A stretch of DNA of 63,332 nucleotides, counting the filler, from Welwitschia mirabilis (Eukaryota), in assembly GCA_051453625.1 (NCBI GenBank). It is 6 parts of one record of this genome, joined end to end, with 100 filler letters (N's around TTAATTAATTAA, not from the genome) between each part and the next. Parts side by side here need not be neighbours in the genome. Positions count along the whole stretch, not along the records: positions 48,167 to 56,679 come from JBOZIK010000001.1; positions 56,780 to 60,882 come from JBOZIK010000001.1; positions 60,983 to 63,332 come from JBOZIK010000001.1; 3 more parts are not named here. One strand, 5' to 3'. The notes below the pieces were generated by a model. That model saw only the letters and a list, made by a program, of their open reading frames with translations. It searched no databases and had not been told where the DNA came from. The position numbers and the translations under genes are program-made. Within the stretch, counting starts at the first letter, position 1. The number at the start of each line of letters is the position of its first letter. Below are positions 55,995 through 63,332 of this stretch, one piece after another.

Positions 55995-56273
55995 AAAAGT
56001 TGGCCAAGATTTATCAAAATTTTTTGCCTTTTGGATGAGGCTACAAGCATTAAGGCAAATATATTTGTCTAAATGTTGACCATTGACCAAAAGTCACTTC
56101 TTATTCTTAGCCAAAATTTTTTAAGGAAAATTTTAGTTGATAGTAGGAAAATTTTGGCTAGGAATAAGCATTGACTTTTGATCAATGGTTAATTTTTAGG
56201 TAAATATATTTGCCTTAATGCTTGTAAGCTTGTCCAAAAGGTGAAAAAATTTGATAAATCTTGGCCAACTTTT
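55995..56273. mobile_element. Foldback (hairpin) MITE-like element flanked by (TA)n
   Basis: Arms 55995-56120 and 56148-56273 are reverse complements (aagttggccaagatttatcaaa...tttgataaatcttggccaactt) around a 27-nt loop. TA runs lie on both sides. Confidence 0.8.
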
Positions 56274-56779
56274 GGATATATATNNNNNNNNNNCTCATAT
56301 GGAATAAATTCTATTACTCATTTTTTCTTTAAATAAAAATAGCATAATCAAATTATCTTACTCATTATTTGTATTTTTTTTAACATGCTAATAAAACATA
56401 TGATATTTTACTAAGAAGAAATACATATTAAGTTAGCTAAATATGCTATTAGAACATCTAATTCTTTATAAAACACATGGTTATAGATTAATTAATAATA
56501 TTTCATTAGTAGAAAAAAAAATTTTATCACTCTATACAAATGTACACTATACATGAACTGGCAAAATATTATAATGACTAATTAGTTCTGTACTTCTAAG
56601 CTTGTTAAACGTTCTCCTCCTTCATCCGCTTTTTTAAGTTAGAACCCTTGGATAATTTCTTGTATCTTTGTTTAGAAAANNNNNNNNNNNNNNNNNNNNN
56701 NNNNNNNNNNNNNNNNNNNNNNNTTAATTAATTAANNNNNNNNNNNNNNNNNNNNNNNNNNNNNNNNNNNNNNNNNNNN

Positions 56780-59700
56780 CTAAGCCTAACAATAAGTTAT
56801 CCACTTATCATCATCTTTGCAAGTCACACAAAAAATCTCAAAATAGCTCTGACAATTGCATGTTCCTTTTTAGGATGCGAGGACTCATCACCTGTTTTTC
56901 TTGGATTGAATATATAATATTTTACATAATTAAATAGTAATACACCTTTAATTTATAATGGTCTTTTTGGATAATGATCTACCAAGGTGGTATACATGCA
57001 TTTTTCATCTGCAACATGTCTTTGTCTTTGTCTAACTTTTTTATAGACCTACTTCGACATATTAAGTGGTATAAATACCCNNNNNNNNNNNNNNNNNNNN
57101 NNNNNNNNNNNNNNNNNNNNNNNNNNNNNNNNNNNNNNNNNNNNNNNNNNNNNNNNNNNNNNNNNNNNNNNNNNNNNNNNNNNNNNNNNNNNNNNNNNNN
57201 NNNNNNNNNNNNNNNNNNNNNNNNNNNNNNNNNNNNNNNNNNNNNNNNNNNNNNNNNNNNNAATCATGTTTAATATCTCTAAATGGATAATGAAGAAGTA
57301 GTTGAGCCCAACAATAAGCTATCCACTTGTCATCATCTCTGTTAGATCGCACACAAAATCTCGAAATAGCTATGATAATTGCATGTTCCTTTTTAGGATG
57401 GTAGGCCTCATCACCTGTTTTTCTTGGACTAAATATATAATATTTTACACAATTAAATAATAAGACACCTTTCATTTGTAGTGGTATTTTTAGATAATGA
57501 TCTACCAAGGTGGTATACATGTGTTCTTCATCTGTAACATGTTTTTGTCTAATTTTTTTATAGACCTACTTAGATACATTAAGTAGTATAATTGCCCTAC
57601 TACTTTCAAACAAAGAAAGCCCCTGTAACATATGACATGTTCCAATAGCTCCAATATCATGATCTATTATAGTATCCATCATTAATCTCTTATAAGCTGA
57701 CATAGCAGGCTCATTGGAATTTCTATCTTGTGATAACTTCATTAACATGTTAAATATGACTTTGATTTCTTTTATAACTTTGAAGCATACTTTGCAATAT
57801 ACTATGTAATAACATGTTTATCAAGGATAGGTTGGAAGTCTATATTTGGTCACCATGTTTGTAAAATCATTCTATTATAAACATTTAACCTATTATCATT
57901 TCTCCTTAGCTCAGACTTCTTCTCATTATTTTCATCTATATACAACTTAGAATCATAAGGCTGCAAAGGCCATAGAACATTATACCTATATTAATTAATA
58001 ACCATTATTATTTATAGGTACAAAATAATTACTATGTTAAAAGAGTAGTAGTATTTTGATACCTACATATTTGTCATCCATTTCTTTTTCCTAAACATGC
58101 TCCAATCTTACAAACCATGTGTATTTGAGCACTATTTAATAAAGTTGTATAATCTTGTTCTAATTACATATGATCAAGGTACTCTTTTTGTAATTAATAT
58201 GGATGAAGTTCCACGTTTCTTCTTGGAACCTAAAGAAGTAAAAATTATTCAAAAAACTATAAATATTACAATTAACTAAACATTAAAGAACTTTAACTTA
58301 TAGCATTAAGTTTACCACACTTGTAAAACCTATTATTTCATGCATGTGTAATAGAATCAAAAAATTTCTTAGCATTTGTAACTATAGTATCATCACTCTA
58401 GTTGGGTTGTTCCATGTTAGGAGATTCTTTTATCCATAAAAACCCATGCACATGTGGAGAACCTTTATGCTGTCACCCAAATTATATCCAGTAGTCTACA
58501 ACATTAAATTCTTTCATTAGAATTACCTCTCTAAATTTTTTATGATGGTTGTACATGTACTCTAAGACAATGTGTGGGTTCTCAATGATATTTTGCAATC
58601 GCCATCATCTAGCTTCCGATGGATGCTGTGGTGGTTTACCGGGCATGATATCATGTAGATCAGGCCAATATAAATCTCCAGCACTTAAAGTGAAAAATAT
58701 AGTAGGAGTTCCAAGCTGGGTAACCATATATAGTAGCTTACATTTGCTTTTTTTCTAGTAAGAAGGTGTGCCTCTTAGAGAGCTTTCATATCTCATTAAG
58801 TTATCTATTATTTCTATTAATGAACAATTGTTCATCTGTTCACGTAATTCCTCTATTGTGATTGAAGCATCGGCTATGTTATTCTTGAAAAACACTGTTG
58901 TAGACCTTAGTGCCCTATGTCTCATAATCAAGTTGAAAATATAGTACCTACATTGAAAAATAAAATTTACAAGGTTTTAAATATGATCCATTAAAATCCT
59001 CAAATAATAAAATGAATGATGAATTACTTATAAAAATCTTCGATGATGACCAAATCTTTCATCTTTGTATCTTAATAGATGCTTTGCGTACTCATGTAGC
59101 TTTACATCCTTTGCTCTCTATGAGAGATTATCACACTTACCTGTAGGAAACAATGAAGGAAATGATATTGATAGCATACCTTTAGTGTTAAATTCATTGA
59201 TTGACAACTCTCATAATAATGGCCATTGTGCACTTATGGATGGATCATTTCATGAGTTTTGTAGCCAATTCTTTGGAGCATCAAGTTCTCTTTCAAGTCA
59301 AGGATATCGAGTGACAACTGAGGATATGTGCTGAACATTGTTAGACTATTCTGTCTCTAAAATTAGACCATTAAAATGTAACTTTACTTCCCCTTCCTCT
59401 TCAGTAAGAGTAATGTCTTGAAGCATGTAAAAGATATTAACAACTTCATCATTGTTAATTTCATCTAAATCATGCATGTCTATCTCAACATTTTGGTAGA
59501 AAAGATTATATTTCTTTTTAAATCATAAGGCATGATAAAATCATCTTTTGATTACAATAAAATTATATTCTGTGCTAATTTAATCCCTTCTCTTTAAAAT
59601 AAGAATTGGTATTTGTGTAATTCTAAAGGGCAAAACCTTTATAATATGTGACACATCCTGTGGAAAGCTTATTTATGCCCTCGATATACCAATTGACCAT

Positions 59701-60480
59701 TAGTTGCATGTGTAACTTGAAGTAAAGGATTTATCCTTGAAATAAGCATCTCTTCAACCTATGTAAGATGGGATAAAANNNNNNNNNNNNNNNNNNNNNN
59801 NNNNNNNNNNNNNNNNNNNNNNNNNNNNNNNNNNNNNNNNNNNNNNNNNNNNNNNNNNNNNNNNNNNNNNNNNNNNNNNNNNNNNNNNNNNNNNNNNNNN
59901 NNNNNNNNNNNNNNNNNNNNNNNNNNNNNNNNNNNNNNNNNNNNNNNNNNNNNNNNNNNNNNNNNNNNNNNNNNNNNNNNNNNNNNNNNNNNNNNNNNNN
60001 NNNNNNNNNNNNNNNNNNNNNNNNNNNNNNNNNNNNNNNNNNNNNNNNNNNNNNNNNNNNNNNNNNNNNNNNNNNNNNNNNNNNNNNNNNNNNNNNNNNN
60101 NNNNNNNNNNNNNNNNNNNNNNNNNNNNNNNNNNNNNNNNNNNNNNNNNNNNNNNNNNNNNNNNNNNNNNNNNNNNNNNNNNNNNNNNNNNNNNNNNNNN
60201 NNNNNNNNNNNNNNNNNNNNNNNNNNNNNNNNNNNNNNNNNNNNNNNNNNNNNNNNNNNNNNNNNNNNNNNNNACGTGTAATTTCTTCATCATCAGCTAT
60301 GATTCCTTTCTTTTTCTCATATTAACACTGTCTACAGGTAGGGTCAAGTCTACCTTGTACTAGATCTATGGACTGATACATCTCATTACAAACTGTGTAT
60401 GATCTTGGTTACTCCAAGACTCATATTTCTCTCCAAATGTCTCAATTCCTTTAGATATATCATCATTAGACCTATGTAAG
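56780..60480 (-). mobile_element. Helitron2/Helentron-type rolling-circle Rep gene relic with spliceosomal introns
   Basis: In order: Cys-pair region at 60325-60400, EEMLISRINPLLQV...FPQDV (DUF6570-like), FPSLFPTG, LRGTPSY, IFFTLSAGDLYWPDLH, HUH motif QHKGSPHVHGFLW, RNDNRLNVYN...W*PNIDFQ...YIAKYASK, DIGAIGTCHML, QLLLHYPFR. No helicase domain seen. Confidence 0.88.
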
Positions 60481-60982
60481 CCAGGATATAGAGGTTGTTG
60501 TATTAGTCAGCTAAGACTTCTTATAAAGGATAAGTCATCAAAGTTTGATAGTATTGCATTAGACTTCCTTTTTCGTTATTCTCTCGGTAAGTGTAATTGT
60601 TGATTATGGTAACTGCCCTCTCCCATAATCTCTTTTTATCTCCTAACGTACTTTTGTCTGGGAATCAATGATAAAGTACTTTTTGCATTACATAGCTGAT
60701 GAGTAGATGTCATATCATTATCTTGTGTCTGTTCATTGACTAGTACTAAGTTGGTTATTTTTGTGGGAATGTCTTCAATTTGTTAATTTAGTTCTTGCAC
60801 TGTAATTTTAATCAAGTATTGTACTATAAAAATAGATGTTGTAGTATTTTGTCAAAGAGATACATTATTCATTATATTTATANNNNNNNNNNNNNNNNNN
60901 NNNNNNNNNNNNNNNNNNNNNNNNNNTTAATTAATTAANNNNNNNNNNNNNNNNNNNNNNNNNNNNNNNNNNNNNNNNNNNN

Positions 60983-63332
60983 AAAAGCATAGCTCTAAAG
61001 GCAAATGAGGATTCAAATGACAGTAGTTCAGATGAGGACAATCTTGATGAAGATCTTGCTCTATCAGGAACTTCAAATGTTTTCTTCGCAAAAAAAAGGA
61101 TTCAAAGTTCACCAAAAAATCGACAAAAGGTAAGATGGACAAACGTAAGAAATCATCTTCAATCCAATGTTATGAATGCAAAGGTTTTGGACATGTAGCT
61201 GCAGACTGTGCAAATAACAACAAAAAGGACAAGAGGAACAAAGGAAAGAAAGTGTTCAAAGTGACATGGGATGAATCTGAGGACGATCTATTAGACTCAA
61301 GCGATGATGACAACGTAGTAAACTTTGGTCTTTTCGTAGTTACAGAAGAGGTTAGTCCTACAACATCTTTAAATTACTTAGATCTTGATCATGCCTCCAG
61401 CTCTAAATGCATTTATTCTAAAAATATTTCTCTTGAGTGTGACGATATTTTGATGAACTCTCTATTGCCTACGAAAAATTGTATTTGTTTAGTGTTAGTT
61501 TAGGGAAGAAAAATGTTTTTCTTCGAAAAACAGTTGATAGTCTGGAATGCAATCTAAAGGAAGCAAAGGAAAGTATAAAGCTGTTAATTTCTGAACTCCA
61601 AGATGCTAAAGTAATTGTTACTCATTTGTCTAAAGGAAGTGATAATTTGAATAAATTGTTACGTTCGGGTTGAAATCCGTGGGATAAGTCAGGTCTAGGT
61701 TGCATTTCAACAAGTTTTCATTCTTCAGAAAACCTCGTGCCTAATGTAAAATTTGACACTAGTGTCAAATGTTTCTTTTGCAATCGAAATGGTCATGTTC
61801 AATTGGCTTGTCCTTACAAGAAAACTCTCTATTTCCACTTANNNNNNNNNNNNNNNNNNNNNNNNNNNNNNNNNNNNNNNNNNNNNNNNNNNNNNNNNNN
61901 NNNNNNNNNNNNNNNNNNNNNNNNNNNNNNNNNNNNNNNNNNNNNNNNNNNNNNNNNNNNNNNNNNNNNNNNNNNNNNNNNNNNNNNNNNNNNNNNNNNN
62001 NNNNNNNNNNNNNNNNNNNNNNNNNNNNNNNNNNNNNNNNNNNNNNNNNNNNNNNNNNNNNNNNNNNNNNNNNNNNNNNNNNNNNNNNNNNNNNNNNNNN
62101 NNNNNNNNNNNNNNNNNNNNNNNNNNNNNNNNNNNNNNNNNNNNNNNNNNNNNNNNNNNNNNNNNNNNNNNNNNNNNNNNNNNNNNNNNNNNNNNNNNNN
62201 NNNNNNNNNNNNNNNNNNNNNNNNNNNNNNNNNNNNNNNNNNNNNNNNNNNNNNNNNNNNNNNNNNNNNNNNNNNNNNNNNNNNNNNNNNNNNNNNNNNN
62301 NNNNNNNNNNNNNNNNNNNNNNNNNNNNNNNNNNNNNNNNNNNNNNNNNNNNNNNNNNNNNNNNNNNNNNNNNNNNNNNNNNNNNNNNNNNNNNNNNNNN
62401 NNNNNNNNNNNNNNNNNNNNNNNNNNNNNNNNNNNNNNNNNNNNNNNNNNNNNNNNNNNNNNNNNNNNNNNNNNNNNNNNNNNNNNNNNNNNNNNNNNNN
62501 NNNNNNNNNNNNNNNNNNNNNNNNNNNNNNNNNNNNNNNNNNNNNNNNNNNNNNNNNNNNNNNNNNNNNNNNNNNNNNNNNNNNNNNNNNNNNNNNNNNN
62601 NAAATTTTTTTAGTCATGGTTGATGATTTCTTTTGTTTTTGTTGGGTGTCCTTACTAGCCAATAAAGATGAGGCTTTCAACACTTTTGCTAGGATTTGTA
62701 GAAGAATTCAAAACAACAAGGGATATGCTATTAAGACCATTAGATCCGACAGAGGAGAAGAGTTTGTAAATGAGAAATTCGAGAGTTTCTGTGATCATCA
62801 TGGTATGTCTCATCAACTCTCAGCCCCATGAACTCCCCAACAAAATGGGGTAGCCGAAAGAAAGAACAGGGTGTTAATTCAAATGTTTAGAACTATGTTA
62901 CATGATAAAGTTCTTCTTCAACACTTTTGGGCAGAAGCAGTCAACACAACTTGTTATATTAGCAACAAAGTCTTCCTAAGTCCTAATACAAACAAAACTC
63001 GTTATGAATTGTGGAATGGCAAAAAACCCAACGTAAGTTATTTCAAAGTGTTTAGAAGTAAGTGTCTAATCCTTAAAGATAAAGGGTAAAATGGAAAATT
63101 TGAATCTAAAGTAGATGAAGGGACTTTTCTTGGATATTCTATGACAAGTAAAGCCTACAGATTCTTCAACAGAAATTCAGGTAGAGTCGAAGATTCCGTG
63201 CATATCAAAATAGATGATGATTTTAATGTAAAACCAACAACAGATGATAACGAAGAAACTATAAATGTTCAATCCTCCTCCTTACCTTCTAGAACGTCAC
63301 TGATACTACTACAAGGGAAAAGGAGCAAAGTC
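60983..63332 (+). mobile_element. Ty1/copia gag-pol relic, Sirevirus (SIRE/Maximus)-like; continues past the window
   Basis: Two zinc knuckles (CYECKGFGHVAADC, CFFCNRNGHVQLAC), VTWDES and KSGLG motifs. Integrase VMVDDF...IRSDRGEEF...PQQNGVAERKNR...FWAEAVNT, then GTFLGYS. A few stops and frameshifts. Confidence 0.92.

Noticed and set aside
59065-59334. Plus-strand ORFs 59065-59334, 58549-58758, 58097-58279, 50308-50514, 51982-52194, 19303-19548
   Set aside because: They are antisense shadows of minus-strand Rep, LINE or gag coding relics.
1-63332. Prokaryotic systems (CRISPR, operons, defence islands), tRNA or rRNA genes
   Set aside because: No repeat-spacer array, dense ORF packing or structural RNA is seen. 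The PBS motifs are tRNA-complementary sites, not tRNA genes.

Overview
AT-rich, gap-riddled eukaryotic sequence that reads as heterochromatic land-plant (angiosperm-type) DNA. I see no intact host gene, RNA gene or CRISPR array. The window is a set of nested, mostly decayed transposable elements. These include several Athila-like Ty3/gypsy copies: one TSD-bounded element at 16273-23599 has both LTRs, a tRNA-Asp-type PBS and a PPT. Also present are a Tekay/Del-type gypsy gag-PR-RT relic, a small gag-only copia-type element with short LTRs (TR-GAG-like, 39564-42028), a near full-length L1 LINE (minus strand), a CACTA terminus, probable MULE and hAT relics, and a younger Sirevirus-like copia at the right edge. 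The most unusual item is an intron-containing rolling-circle Rep gene (56780-60480, minus) whose motifs match Helitron2/Helentron rather than canonical plant Helitrons. It lies next to a foldback/inverted-repeat complex in TA microsatellites, though a scaffold join separates them. Old copies show pervasive G:C to A:T decay. Five N44-TTAATTAATTAA-N44 blocks are artificial scaffold linkers, and many long ORFs in the track are N-run artefacts. All family calls come from motif recognition by eye, not from database searches.
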